A stretch of DNA of 64,000 nucleotides. Origin: Minisyncoccota bacterium. Lineage in GTDB: Bacteria; Patescibacteriota; Minisyncoccia; Phycocordibacterales; JABAAK01. A model generated the notes under the pieces. That model had not been told where the DNA came from. It saw only the letters and a list, made by a program, of their open reading frames with translations, and did not search any database. Position numbers and translations under genes: made by a program. This document shows, in pieces, positions 36,788 through 47,275 of this stretch; positions within the stretch are counted from its first letter, which is position 1, and each line of letters starts with the position of its first letter. The stretch lies in the NCBI GenBank assembly GCA_965222235.1, contig OZ244939.1, positions 7,924-71,923 on the forward strand, read 5' to 3'.

Positions 36788-37621
36788 ATGAATATACCGA
36801 TCACGAAAATACGGAATGCGCTTGACAATGCAGTCGGACATTATCAAAATAACAGACGGCAGTTTCCGTGGCGTGAAACAGATGACTCATACAGGATTCT
36901 TGTTTCTGAATACATGCTGCAGCAAACACAAACAGAGCGTGTCATTGAAAAATATATATGTTTCATAAAAAGATTTCCGACCGTACAGGCACTTGCCCGT
37001 GCGGAGAGGAAGGATGTCCTTTCGGCCTGGATCGGTCTTGGATATAACAGGAGGGCGGTTGCGCTTCACAATGCGGCGAAGATGATATCGGATCGTTATG
37101 ACAACATTGTTCCGGACACGGCGGAAGATCTTCTGTGTCTGCCGGGAGTCGGCACATATACCGCAGGAGCAGTCATGGCGTTTGCGTATAACAGGGAAGT
37201 GGTTATCATTGAGACAAATATACGGACGGTCATTCTGCATCATTGTATGTCAAATGAGGACAATGTTTCTGACGGTGATATTCTGCGGCATGTTGAAAAA
37301 ATATGCATGCTTGCGAAAAGAAGGAACATTTCTCCGCGGATGTTGTATTCAATGCTTATGGATTACGGTGCACATTTGAAAAAGAACGGTATTCGTCTGA
37401 ACACGCGAAGCCGGCACTATACAAGACAGACATCCTTTTGCGGATCAGTTCGGCAGGCCCGCGGTGAACTGGTCCGACACCTTATCAACCAACGGAGCGG
37501 TATTTCAAAAAAACATGTTGAAACGATGAATATCACACACGGTAAAAAAGCACTGTCCGGATTAATTGCGGACGGTATTGTTGAGGAGAGAAAAGGGCGG
37601 TACTGTTTAACTGACCGGTAG
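36788..37621 (+). CDS. mutY: A/G-specific adenine glycosylase (short form without Fe-S cluster)
   Basis: FPWR, VSEYMLQQTQ, W.GLGYNRRA, LPGVG.YTA and ETNIR; no four-Cys cluster motif. Confidence 0.88.
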   Translation: MNIPITKIRNALDNAVGHYQNNRRQFPWRETDDSYRILVSEYMLQQTQTERVIEKYICFIKRFPTVQALARAERKDVLSAWIGLGYNRRAVALHNAAKMISDRYDNIVPDTAEDLLCLPGVGTYTAGAVMAFAYNREVVIIETNIRTVILHHCMSNEDNVSDGDILRHVEKICMLAKRRNISPRMLYSMLMDYGAHLKKNGIRLNTRSRHYTRQTSFCGSVRQARGELVRHLINQRSGISKKHVETMNITHGKKALSGLIADGIVEERKGRYCLTDR

Positions 37622-37623
37622 GT

Positions 37624-39489
37624 TTAATTGATATACAGGACAGACATGACAATCGGCTTCTTTTTTGTCTCGGTGTACAGATAATTCTGTATCTCTCTGT
37701 TTATATTCCTTTTCAGTGTTTCAATGTTGATTGTTTTGTTCTGTTGCATTCCTCTGTCAGCCGCGCGTCTTGCGATAAATCGTACTCTGCCCAAAAGATG
37801 GTGGGATTCTTTGAGATATATAAAGCCGCGTGATATGACATCGGGAGATTTTTTCACCTTTTTTGTTTTCCGGTTAACAAGGAATATAACGACCAGAATG
37901 CCGTTTAACTGCAGTGTTTTTCGATCATTCAGCACAACACTCTGAACCGTGCCGATTGCGTTGCCGTCAACGACGGTGAGTTCGGTCGGCATCGTGTATT
38001 CCTGTTTGGTGATGATTTCCTTTTTTGGATCAATATCTATGATAGAACCGTTGTCCGGCAGGATGGTGTTTTCCTCCGGCATGCCGATACTGTGCAGTAT
38101 TTGCGTATGTGCGGACAGCATGTAGTGGTATCCGTGAATGGGTATAAAGAATGTTGCCCCGATATGCTCATGAATCCATTTGAGCTCGTCACGGTTGGCG
38201 TGTCCGCTGGAGTGGACATCGCTGGTCTGATAGGTAATCAGATTAACGCCGAGACGGGACAGCCGGTCTTTCAGATTCTGCACCGGTTCTTCATTGCCGG
38301 GAATGACCGATGAAGAAAAAACCACGGTGTCATCTTTCCCCAATTTAACATAGCGGTGCTGTTCATGGGACATGCGGTCAAGCGCGCTGAAATTATCTCC
38401 CTGGGCCCCCGTAGCGAGAATCAGCAGCTTTTCTTTCGGGTAATCTCCCATTTTTTCCGCGGGGATAATAGTGTTCATCGGTATTTTCAGCAGACCAAGC
38501 TCCGAAGCGATGGTGAGATTTGTAATCATTGACCGTCCCTGCACGATAACTTTCCTGCCGTTGTTGATGGCGTGTTCAATAACCCGTATCGTTCTCTCTA
38601 TCTGTGAAGAAAATGATGAAAGAATGATGCGGCTTCTGGTCTGATGAATAATTTTTTCGATGGTGTCAATCACTTTATGCTCCGGCAATGAAAAACCGGG
38701 CCGATCAGCGTTGGTTGAATCGGCGAGTGTCAGGAGTATATTCTTTTTTTTGAATACGGAAAATTCCTTTTCTTCTGTTTTATCCACGACACCGTCTGAA
38801 TGTGTCAGTTTCAGATCTCCCGTGTACACGATGGAGCCGGCCGGAGTGTCAATAATGATTCCCATTGAGTCGGGAATGGTATGCGTGACCGCAAAAAATG
38901 TCAGGGTAAAATTCTCCGTCAGCTTGATGACCGAAGCTCCTTCAACCTCGTGATACATAATCGGCTCCTTGCTCTCAAACTCGCCCTGTCTATTTTTAAT
39001 GAGTTCAATACTTAATTTTCGTGAGAAAACAGGCGGGTTTCCTATTTTATCCATCAGTATTGAAATGCCGCCTATGTGATCAAGGTGGGCGTGGGAGATA
39101 ACCAAGCCTCTGATTTTTTCCTTGCGTTCTTCAAGATACTGTACATTCGGCACCAGGAAATCTATGCCGGGCGTGTTGCCTTCCTCGGAAAACTTCAGGC
39201 CGCAATCAAGAAGAAGGATATCATCCTTATATTCAATGCCGTACATATTTTTTCCTATCTCTCCGACACCGCCGAATACCAATATGCGGATTGTACCCGG
39301 TTCCTGTTTCGGGATGGTAAGCGTTGATTTTGCGTCAAACCCGGTGGTTAGTTCCCGCGATCCGATAAGGCCTCCCTGCCGTCGGATTGGTTTTTGGTGG
39401 AGCCCCCGCGGGACCCTCTTCCTTTTCTCCGCGGCATCCTGTCCCGCTTCCTGTTTCTCGGCTGCGCTGTTTTTGTTCTGCTGTGTCAT
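37624..39489 (-). CDS. rnj: Ribonuclease J (catalytically intact)
   Basis: GGVGEIGKNM, SHAHLDHIG (HxHxDH), THTIPD, YTGD, DSTN, HSSGH and PIHG. Confidence 0.93.
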   Translation of the reverse strand: MTQQNKNSAAEKQEAGQDAAEKRKRVPRGLHQKPIRRQGGLIGSRELTTGFDAKSTLTIPKQEPGTIRILVFGGVGEIGKNMYGIEYKDDILLLDCGLKFSEEGNTPGIDFLVPNVQYLEERKEKIRGLVISHAHLDHIGGISILMDKIGNPPVFSRKLSIELIKNRQGEFESKEPIMYHEVEGASVIKLTENFTLTFFAVTHTIPDSMGIIIDTPAGSIVYTGDLKLTHSDGVVDKTEEKEFSVFKKKNILLTLADSTNADRPGFSLPEHKVIDTIEKIIHQTRSRIILSSFSSQIERTIRVIEHAINNGRKVIVQGRSMITNLTIASELGLLKIPMNTIIPAEKMGDYPKEKLLILATGAQGDNFSALDRMSHEQHRYVKLGKDDTVVFSSSVIPGNEEPVQNLKDRLSRLGVNLITYQTSDVHSSGHANRDELKWIHEHIGATFFIPIHGYHYMLSAHTQILHSIGMPEENTILPDNGSIIDIDPKKEIITKQEYTMPTELTVVDGNAIGTVQSVVLNDRKTLQLNGILVVIFLVNRKTKKVKKSPDVISRGFIYLKESHHLLGRVRFIARRAADRGMQQNKTINIETLKRNINREIQNYLYTETKKKPIVMSVLYIN

Positions 39490-39492
39490 ATG

Positions 39493-41265
39493 CTATGTGA
39501 ATAGTACGGGGATAATAATCGGACGCTTATTCGTTTCGTTCATAAGAAAACTCTGTGTATCCTTCTGCACCGCTTTCTTAACGGTATCAATATCAAGCTT
39601 TCCCTGATCCTGGAGAGTCTTTTCAACTGTTTTCTTGATAACAATCCGCGTGCGGTTGATAAGGATGCGTGATTCTTTCAGATAGATGAAACCCCGGGAA
39701 AGAACATCCGGAGATTTTTTTAGGATCAGTTTTTTCTGGTCAATAAATATGACGAGAATTAGAATGCCTTCCTGGCCGAGTGTTTTTCTGTCCTGAATGA
39801 CGACATTTTGGATAAGGGTCGGCGTGTGTCCGTCCACGGATATGCCGGTTGTCGTCAGTTTCTGCTTCTGTCTTTTTATTACCTTTCCGTCGGGACTGAT
39901 GTCAATAATTGATCCGTTGTTCGGTATGACGCATGAATCCGGCGACATACCGATATCACGGAGAATATGTGTGTGAGCGGTGAGCATATAGTGATATCCC
40001 TGCACAGGGATGAAATATTTCGGATTACTGTTTTGATGAACCCAGCGAAGCTCATCCTTATAGGGGTGCTTGCTTGATTTCACATCACTAGTGTCATATG
40101 ATCGTATGATTGCACCGAGACGGGACAGACGATCTTTCAGATTTTGTACGGATCGGGCGTTGGTTTGAATAAACGGAGCGGGGAATATCACCGTATCCTC
40201 CTTCTTGATCGCGGTGTACCGATAGTCATTTTGTGAAATTTTTTCCAACACTTCGTACTCTTCATTTTCCGCTCCGGCGGTGAAGATAACGCTGTTGTCG
40301 GTATCATCGTGTCCAATCTCCTCTATCGGAATTAATGCCTCTTTCGGTACATTCAGCATGCCGCTTTCACAGGCAATCTGCAGAACGGCAAACAGGTGCG
40401 CTCCCTGTATGTATATCTTCCTTCCCATTTTCAGCACGCCCTCAAGAACGGCACTGTTTCTTTTTATTTGAGAAGGGAAGAGGGGGAGAATGGCGCGGTG
40501 CGGGGATTCCTGAATCATTTGTATGACCACCTTGGCGACCTGCTGATCATGGAGTGAGAAACCGTGCCGTTCCGCATTTACCGATCCGGCCAGGGAAAGA
40601 ATGATATCTTTTTCCCGGAGCGGCGCGAATCGCTCCTGCTCCCGGGCACTGACGACTCCTTTTTTGTTTTCAATCTGCATATTGCCGGTGTAGGCGATAC
40701 AACCGGCATCCGTTTCTATAACAACGCCGAGCACACTCGGAGCATTGTCCGTCATGCCGAAAAAGTGCAGAGTCATGTCGTCGGCAATACGCACCGATTC
40801 CGGCTGTTCAACCTCCTGTACCGTGCATGTTTTGGCGTTCCGCATCATGTTCTGGCGGCTCTCAATAATTTTTTTCGTTGCCGAACGGGCATAGACCGGA
40901 GGGTTGCCGATGTCGTGGATAATGTAGGGTATCGCCCCGGTGTGCGTCATTGAGGAGTCAGTCACCACAACGCCCCGGATGTGATTTTTTCTCTCTTTCA
41001 GGTAATCCGTGTTCGGCATGATCGTGTCAATCCCCGGAGTTGCGCTCTCGCCGAACGCCGTGCCGCACTCAAGAAGGATGATTGTGTTGTTATACTCAAC
41101 GGCGTACATATTCTTGCCGATTTCTGAGACACCGCCGAATACCATAACGCGGATTTCACCACGTCTCGCTCTGGTGATGTCAACGGGTTTCTGCTGCTGC
41201 TTATTCTCTCGCTGATGCGGTGCTGATTTCCTCTTTCCTCTGGTGTATGTTTGTGTTGTCGGCAT
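39493..41265 (-). CDS. Ribonuclease J paralogue with a degenerate active site
   Basis: Colinear with the adjacent rnj (GGVSEIGKNM, SRGFIYLKES), but the metal motifs read TDSSMTH, TDNAPS, YTGN, KSSKH and PVQG. Confidence 0.85.
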   Translation of the reverse strand: MPTTQTYTRGKRKSAPHQRENKQQQKPVDITRARRGEIRVMVFGGVSEIGKNMYAVEYNNTIILLECGTAFGESATPGIDTIMPNTDYLKERKNHIRGVVVTDSSMTHTGAIPYIIHDIGNPPVYARSATKKIIESRQNMMRNAKTCTVQEVEQPESVRIADDMTLHFFGMTDNAPSVLGVVIETDAGCIAYTGNMQIENKKGVVSAREQERFAPLREKDIILSLAGSVNAERHGFSLHDQQVAKVVIQMIQESPHRAILPLFPSQIKRNSAVLEGVLKMGRKIYIQGAHLFAVLQIACESGMLNVPKEALIPIEEIGHDDTDNSVIFTAGAENEEYEVLEKISQNDYRYTAIKKEDTVIFPAPFIQTNARSVQNLKDRLSRLGAIIRSYDTSDVKSSKHPYKDELRWVHQNSNPKYFIPVQGYHYMLTAHTHILRDIGMSPDSCVIPNNGSIIDISPDGKVIKRQKQKLTTTGISVDGHTPTLIQNVVIQDRKTLGQEGILILVIFIDQKKLILKKSPDVLSRGFIYLKESRILINRTRIVIKKTVEKTLQDQGKLDIDTVKKAVQKDTQSFLMNETNKRPIIIPVLFT

Positions 41266-41278
41266 GATGTTGATACGG

Positions 41279-43003
41279 CTATTGAGCGGCTGCAAGAAAC
41301 TTCCAGACTTTTTCTTTCTGCATATACCATGTGTGAATATTCATAAATCTGTCACTCGGCTGATGGACGCGACCCAGATGTTTCTTTTCAGCACTCACAC
41401 CGAATATATTTTCCGGCAATATATACAGAAAATACGGTGAATAAAGAAAGACAGCAGGAACACGCTTCATCATCTCTTGTTTAATATCAGTATATACTAT
41501 CTCGCGCCAATTGTCATCCCCCGTCAGGCGTTCGGGCGGCGTACCATGTTCCATCTCGGTTAACAGGGTATTGAGAATCGGACTGCCGAAACCGGTGACA
41601 GATGCGATGTTTTTCCGGTCTCCTGATTTCCACAGAGCGACCAGATCCTTCGGACGGTCCGCTTCGTATCCGTAGAGAAGCATATCAAATTGTTTTTCTT
41701 CAATGACCTGTTCCATCACCTCAGGAGGAAGCGCCCGCGCTTCAATGTCAAAACCGAGCTCCTGCCATCCTTCAATCAGGATATCGGCGGTCTGCCTCTT
41801 TTCCGGCGTATCAAGGAATACCAATGACATGCGCAGCGGAATGCCGTCCCTTTTCCGGCTGTTATGCACGTCTTCAAATATCCAGCCGATATCTTCAAGC
41901 GTCTGTTGTATTTCCTCCGGACTCACCGTTCGCTCCGCCGTTTCCGTATCGGTAGCAATTGGTGCCGCAAGCGGCGTTCCCAGTCCGCGGAAAACATCCC
42001 GAATGATGCTGTCCCGGTCAACTGATCGGGACAGAACGCTTCTGAGAAACGGGTCCTGCAGAATCCTCCCGTCCTCGGTATTGAAAAATATACCGAACAC
42101 CCGGTCAGTGTTCGCTGTGTACAGCACATCGTTGTTCTCGCTATGGGAAAGAATGGCCGCTGTTTCCGCCGCTGCGATGCTGTGCACCGCGTCAATGCGC
42201 CCCCTGCTGAATGCCTCAAGCAGCATGTCCGCGTCTGTGAAAAAATGGAATGATATTTTTTTGATATATGGTTTCCCCGGCGCATAGTCATTGAAGGCCG
42301 CAAATGTCAGCCGCAGCAGCCGCCCGTCAATGGTCAGTATCTCGTTTTCATGTCTGAACGGACCCGCCCCGACATATACGCCGGAGCCGGCGTATCGCCG
42401 CCATGTATCCTCCGGGATTTTCTGCCAAATATGTTTCGGCAGTATCGGTACGGTAAATTCTTCGGGGAATGCCAGGTTTCCCTCGGGAACTGTTATCAGC
42501 ACCGTATGCGTGTTAAGTGCTGAGATGGTGACACCCTCCCACGCATTGCGGTGCGGATTATCCTGTCCGAGACGGCGTATCATATCCGCGGTGTATAGTA
42601 CATCATCCACGTCCAATGTTGTTCCGTCATGGAAACGGGCGTTCTTGCGTATGCGGAATGTATAGGCGGCACCTTTCCGTTCCCAATGTTCGGCAAGGTT
42701 CGGAACAAGGCCTCCCGCCCTGTTATGTCGCAGCAGCCCCGCATGCAACAGCACTGCAACATCATGTTCCACCACGCTCGCAGCGAACAGCGGGTTTTTG
42801 TGTACCGGCACGCCGACAATTCCTTCGTTAATTTCTCCGGCACGCACGGAAACCTCGGCGGTCAGCCTGCCGTTTATTATATGAAGAGAGATGCCGATAT
42901 GCACGATGAGTATGATGAGCATCAGAACGACCAGGCATACATCTGAAAACGGCAGTTGTTTCAATATACCCGGATGCAGGCGGAATGAAGAAAAAGAATT
43001 CAT
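41279..43003 (-). CDS. ABC transporter substrate-binding protein, peptide/nickel family 5
   Basis: PNLAEHW...YTF.IR..ARFHDG..L..DDV.YT, GAGPF and C-terminal PAVFLY; N-terminal TM helix. Confidence 0.85.
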   Translation of the reverse strand: MNSFSSFRLHPGILKQLPFSDVCLVVLMLIILIVHIGISLHIINGRLTAEVSVRAGEINEGIVGVPVHKNPLFAASVVEHDVAVLLHAGLLRHNRAGGLVPNLAEHWERKGAAYTFRIRKNARFHDGTTLDVDDVLYTADMIRRLGQDNPHRNAWEGVTISALNTHTVLITVPEGNLAFPEEFTVPILPKHIWQKIPEDTWRRYAGSGVYVGAGPFRHENEILTIDGRLLRLTFAAFNDYAPGKPYIKKISFHFFTDADMLLEAFSRGRIDAVHSIAAAETAAILSHSENNDVLYTANTDRVFGIFFNTEDGRILQDPFLRSVLSRSVDRDSIIRDVFRGLGTPLAAPIATDTETAERTVSPEEIQQTLEDIGWIFEDVHNSRKRDGIPLRMSLVFLDTPEKRQTADILIEGWQELGFDIEARALPPEVMEQVIEEKQFDMLLYGYEADRPKDLVALWKSGDRKNIASVTGFGSPILNTLLTEMEHGTPPERLTGDDNWREIVYTDIKQEMMKRVPAVFLYSPYFLYILPENIFGVSAEKKHLGRVHQPSDRFMNIHTWYMQKEKVWKFLAAAQ

Positions 43004-43069
43004 TACGTATATGTCATATGTATTGTACTGTGATATTTTTTGTCCGCCGGAGCGGTGTGAATAACAAGG

Positions 43070-43300
43070 CTATATCACCAGGGGGAGAATGATGCTTCCG
43101 ACGAATATGCAGGCGAGGACAATAGTGCCGATGAACATGATTTTTTCCGATCCACGTCGCGTCGGCGCGTCAGATTCAGAAACATCGCCGCCACCGAACG
43201 ATCCGCCGACACTTGCTTCACTTCGCACCAGTAGAATGGCGATAACAAGCAATATTGCACTCACCGCCTGCACCGATTGTATAATCATTGTAATATCCAT
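43070..43300 (-). CDS. secG: Preprotein translocase subunit SecG
   Basis: ILLV.S.A.VGGSFGG...TRRGSEK plus two TM helices; TATACT box 7 nt before the ATG. Confidence 0.88.
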   Translation of the reverse strand: MDITMIIQSVQAVSAILLVIAILLVRSEASVGGSFGGGDVSESDAPTRRGSEKIMFIGTIVLACIFVGSIILPLVI

Positions 43301-43448
43301 TCCGTATAGTATATCACACACACAGCATACTGACGACACGGGTATTGACATTATTAATTTTATATTATTGTTTACATACAATAAATTAATAGGTCAAGAT
43401 TTTATATATAGTTTTAAGTCAAGTAATTTAATTATGTATCTTTTAGTA

Positions 43449-43493
43449 TTGCATTTCTGTCAGAATTTTTATATACTATAAACTGTTCTTTAA
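43449..43493 (+). promoter_or_regulatory. Sigma70-type promoter for groES-groEL followed by a boxA-like motif
   Basis: TTGCAT (43449-54), 17-nt spacer, TATACT (43472-77), then TGTTCTTTAA (43484-93), inside a very AT-rich intergenic region. Confidence 0.55.
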
Positions 43494-43614
43494 GGAAAAG
43501 GGATTAAGTAAAATAAAAAGATAAGTAGGGTACATAAAAGAGAAAATAAGTAATAACTAATATAAGTATAAATATAAGTCAATAACTAAATATTTATTAA
43601 AAATAATAACTAAT

Positions 43615-43908
43615 ATGAGCACACCAATCACACCGCTGGGAGACCGGGTACTTGTGGAGGAATCCGAAGCAGGAGAAGAGACCAGATCCGGCATCATTCT
43701 CCCGAAAAACCAGGAGGGCGGCGAAAGCGGCACCATCGGTACCGTCATTGCCGTCGGCGAAGGCAGGGAAACCGACAACGGCACGGTTATCAGGCCGAAG
43801 GTGGCTGTCGGTCAGAAAATTATATTCTCCTGGGGCGAGAAGGTGGAAGTGAGCGGCAAGGAATACCGCATCGTCAGTGAGGGGAGTGTGCTCGGTATTT
43901 TGAATTAA
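43615..43908 (+). CDS. groES: Co-chaperonin GroES
   Basis: PLGDRVLV, SGIILP and GTVIAVGEG. Confidence 0.96.
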   Translation: MSTPITPLGDRVLVEESEAGEETRSGIILPKNQEGGESGTIGTVIAVGEGRETDNGTVIRPKVAVGQKIIFSWGEKVEVSGKEYRIVSEGSVLGILN

Positions 43909-43934
43909 TTATTATTACATCTTCTATTTTTCAT

Positions 43935-45605
43935 ATGGCAAAACAACTTATATTCAATGAAGAAGCGCGTGCGAAGATAAAGAAGGGGGTTGATACGGTT
44001 ACGCAGGCGGTGGGCATAACCATCGGTCCGTTCGGCAGGAATGTCGCGCTGCAGAAGCCGTTCGGCGGTCCGACCATCACCAATGACGGCGTTTCCATCG
44101 CCCGGGATATAACACTGGAGGATCCGTTTGAAAATATCGGTGCGGAAATAATCAAGGAAGTGGCGAACAAGACCAATGAGCTGGCCGGCGACGGCACCAG
44201 CACATCAGTGGTGCTTGCCCAGTCAATGATAGAGGAGGGACTGAAGCAGATAGACAAAGGGGTGAATGCTCTTTCGGTACGGCGCGGTATGGAAAAGGCG
44301 CACAAAGAGGCGGAAAACCATCTCGCGAACATGAAGCGGAGCATCGCCGGCGATGAGGAAGTTGCGCATATCGCCTCCGTCGCCGCGGAGTCAGTTGAGT
44401 TCGGCAAGATTATCGCCGAGACCGTTCAGAAAGTCGGCGACAAGGGAGTAGTGACGGTTGAAGAGTCACAGTCATTCGGCATTGAATCGGAAGTTGTGGA
44501 AGGGCTGGAGATAGACAAGGGATACATCTCTCCGTATATGATGACGAATCCGGAACGGCTTGAGGCGGAATATAAGGATGTCGCGGTGCTGATCACTGAC
44601 AAAAAAATATCACAAGTCAAAGAAATTCTTCCGTTCCTTGAAAAGGTTACCCAGACGGGCAACAAGGACCTGGTGATCATTGCGGATGATATTGAAGGCG
44701 AGGCACTGACCACATTCGTGCTCAACAAGTTGCGCGGCACCTTTAATGTTCTGGCAATCAAGGCGCCGGGATTCGGCGACAAGAAGAACGCACTGCTCGG
44801 CGACATTGCCACCACTATCGGCGCAACGGTCGTGACGCAGGACACCGGCATGTCGTTTGACACGATTGGGGTTGAAGTTCTCGGTCGGGCGTCCCGCATC
44901 GTCGCAAAAAAAGACACCACAGTCATTGTCGGTTCAGCCGATGCGAAACCGGCCGTGGACGAGCGGATTCGTTCGTTGGAAGCCATGCTGGCAGAAACGG
45001 ATCAGCAGTTTGAAAAGGAAAAAATGCAGGAGCGGATTGCGAAACTCTCCGGCGGCGTTGCGGTCATTCGGGTCGGCGCGGCGACCGAGGCGGAGATGAA
45101 GTATCTCAAACTGAAAATAGAGGACGCGGTCAACGCAACCCGTGCGGCGCTGGAAGAGGGTATCATTGCCGGCGGCGGCGCGGCATTTGCACACATTGCC
45201 AAGCGTCTGCGCGAACACCAGAAACAGATGACCTGGAATGATGAATATGAGGAGAAAGGATATACCATCGTCGTCAATGCGCTTGAGGCGCCTCTGATGA
45301 AGATAGCGGAGAATGCACTCGGCAACGGAGAAGGGCGCGCTGTCGTGAGAAAGGTTCAGGGCGACGATGATTTTGAGGACGACGGAGCATGGCGGTCTGC
45401 GGGATACGATGCGCTCAGGAGAGAATACGTCATTGATATGTTTCAGCGCGGCATCATTGACCCCGTGAAAGTTGCCCGCGGCGGACTGCAGCACGCGATT
45501 TCAACCGTCGGCATATTCCTTACCACCGAAGTCGCGATTGCGGACATCCCGGAGCCGGAGAAGCCGGATATGCCGTCCGGTGGTATGGGCGGTGGAATGT
45601 ACTAG
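43935..45605 (+). CDS. groEL: Chaperonin GroEL
   Basis: TNDGVSIA, AGDGTST, KAPGFGD and a C-terminal GGMGGGM tail. Confidence 0.97.
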   Translation: MAKQLIFNEEARAKIKKGVDTVTQAVGITIGPFGRNVALQKPFGGPTITNDGVSIARDITLEDPFENIGAEIIKEVANKTNELAGDGTSTSVVLAQSMIEEGLKQIDKGVNALSVRRGMEKAHKEAENHLANMKRSIAGDEEVAHIASVAAESVEFGKIIAETVQKVGDKGVVTVEESQSFGIESEVVEGLEIDKGYISPYMMTNPERLEAEYKDVAVLITDKKISQVKEILPFLEKVTQTGNKDLVIIADDIEGEALTTFVLNKLRGTFNVLAIKAPGFGDKKNALLGDIATTIGATVVTQDTGMSFDTIGVEVLGRASRIVAKKDTTVIVGSADAKPAVDERIRSLEAMLAETDQQFEKEKMQERIAKLSGGVAVIRVGAATEAEMKYLKLKIEDAVNATRAALEEGIIAGGGAAFAHIAKRLREHQKQMTWNDEYEEKGYTIVVNALEAPLMKIAENALGNGEGRAVVRKVQGDDDFEDDGAWRSAGYDALRREYVIDMFQRGIIDPVKVARGGLQHAISTVGIFLTTEVAIADIPEPEKPDMPSGGMGGGMY

Positions 45606-45680
45606 ACCCCCGTTTTCACCGATGTGGTATACTTTTAATATCTGTTGTGATATACCATTATTCAGTACACGTTTTATAAT

Positions 45681-46244
45681 ATGAATATTTTTATCATTAT
45701 TGCGGGAGTATTCGCAGCCGCCGTTCTTGTTGCCATATTTTTCTACAATAATCTGATCAACAAGCGTAATAGGAAAGATGAAGCATGGTCCGACATTGAT
45801 GTGCAGCTGAAACGGCGCTACGATCTCATCCCCAATCTCATCAGTACGGTTAAAGGATACGCGAAGCATGAACGGGAAACCTTTGAGCGGGTTACGGAGA
45901 TGCGCACGAAAGCCCTTGAAACAAACGGAGTGCAGGATAAGGCGATGGCGGAAAATATGCTTACCGATGCGTTGAAATCCATCTTTGCCGTCGCAGAAAA
46001 TTATCCGCAGCTGCAGGCGAGCCAGAATTTTGTGGAGCTGCAACGTGAACTCAGCGACACGGAGAACAAGATACAGGCAGCACGCCGATTTTATAACACG
46101 ACGGTGCAGGATTTTAACACGGCACTGCAGGTATTCCCGCAGAACCTCATCGCCGGCATGTTCACTTTCAAGGAGGAGGAATTTTTTGAGCTGGATGAAG
46201 GAGAGAAGGAGGCCGCGAAAAAACCAGTTGAAGTCGCATTTTAA
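45681..46244 (+). CDS. lemA: LemA family protein
   Basis: AWSDIDVQLKRRYDLIPNL, AVAENYPQLQA and ENKI.AARRFYN. Confidence 0.93.
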   Translation: MNIFIIIAGVFAAAVLVAIFFYNNLINKRNRKDEAWSDIDVQLKRRYDLIPNLISTVKGYAKHERETFERVTEMRTKALETNGVQDKAMAENMLTDALKSIFAVAENYPQLQASQNFVELQRELSDTENKIQAARRFYNTTVQDFNTALQVFPQNLIAGMFTFKEEEFFELDEGEKEAAKKPVEVAF

Positions 46245-46263
46245 TTAAGTCGCGATTTGACCT

Positions 46264-47190
46264 ATGGCATCACTCTACACACAGCAGGCACGCAATGTCC
46301 GCAGGACGTTCTTCCTCATGTCCGTCTTCCTCATCGTCGTCATCGGGATTGCCTGGCTTGTCTCCGCAGCTCTCGGCTCTCCCGGCATCCTCTGGGTCGT
46401 TGCCGCATTCGCTATCATCATAAATGTTGCCGCATACTGGAAATCTGATGCGATAGCGATTCGCATGACCCGTGCGCAGCCAATCTCCCGCGACACCCAT
46501 TTTTATTACTGGAATAGCGTTGAAAATCTCTGCATCAGTATCGGCGCGCCGATGCCCAAGCTGTATATCATTGATGACCCGTCTCCGAACGCATTTGCGA
46601 CCGGAAGAAACCCGAAACACTCGGCTATTGTCGTTACGCAGGGACTGCTGGATATGATGGACAAATCTGAACTGGAGGGAGTACTAGCCCATGAGCTTGC
46701 CCACATACAGAACCGGGATACGCTGCTCATGACATCGGTTGTCGTTCTGTTCGGTATGACCGCCATCCTTTTGGATATTATTCTTCATGCGGGCATTGCA
46801 GGTGATCGGAGAGACATGCACCCCGCCATGATTGCCGTCGCCCTGGCGGCATACATCATTGTCCCTTTGATTCTCACAATTATCCGCCTCGCGATTTCCC
46901 GAAAAAGGGAATTTCTCGCCGATGCAACCTCCGGTATCTACACCCGCTATCCGGAAGGGCTCGCGTCCGCACTGGAGAAAATCGGGAAAAGCACCACATC
47001 CATGAAACACGCCAGTTCCGCAACGGCTCATCTGTTCATATCTGATCCGTTCGGTATTTCAGATCATGCGGTGCAGAAAAAAAAGAAGGGATTCGGTCTC
47101 GGTATTCACCGTTTGTTTGACACTCATCCGCCGATAGAGAACAGAATACGGGTCCTTCTCGGCGGAACGTCGCATGTGGAAAACAAGTGA
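46264..47190 (+). CDS. htpX: M48 zinc metalloprotease HtpX
   Basis: PNAFATG, HELAH, SRKREFLAD and THPP. Confidence 0.92.
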   Translation: MASLYTQQARNVRRTFFLMSVFLIVVIGIAWLVSAALGSPGILWVVAAFAIIINVAAYWKSDAIAIRMTRAQPISRDTHFYYWNSVENLCISIGAPMPKLYIIDDPSPNAFATGRNPKHSAIVVTQGLLDMMDKSELEGVLAHELAHIQNRDTLLMTSVVVLFGMTAILLDIILHAGIAGDRRDMHPAMIAVALAAYIIVPLILTIIRLAISRKREFLADATSGIYTRYPEGLASALEKIGKSTTSMKHASSATAHLFISDPFGISDHAVQKKKKGFGLGIHRLFDTHPPIENRIRVLLGGTSHVENK

Positions 47191-47275
47191 TGCGGATATC
47201 GTCTCCACTATACACTATCGGTATATATGGTGATATTCCGTATATTGTATTATTAACATACATAGAGCACATACT

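Noticed and set aside
36283-36788. tmRNA, RNase P RNA, SRP RNA or T-box
   Set aside because: No tRNA-like ends, no GAGGAAAGTCC, no SRP core motif and no T-box consensus seen on either strand.
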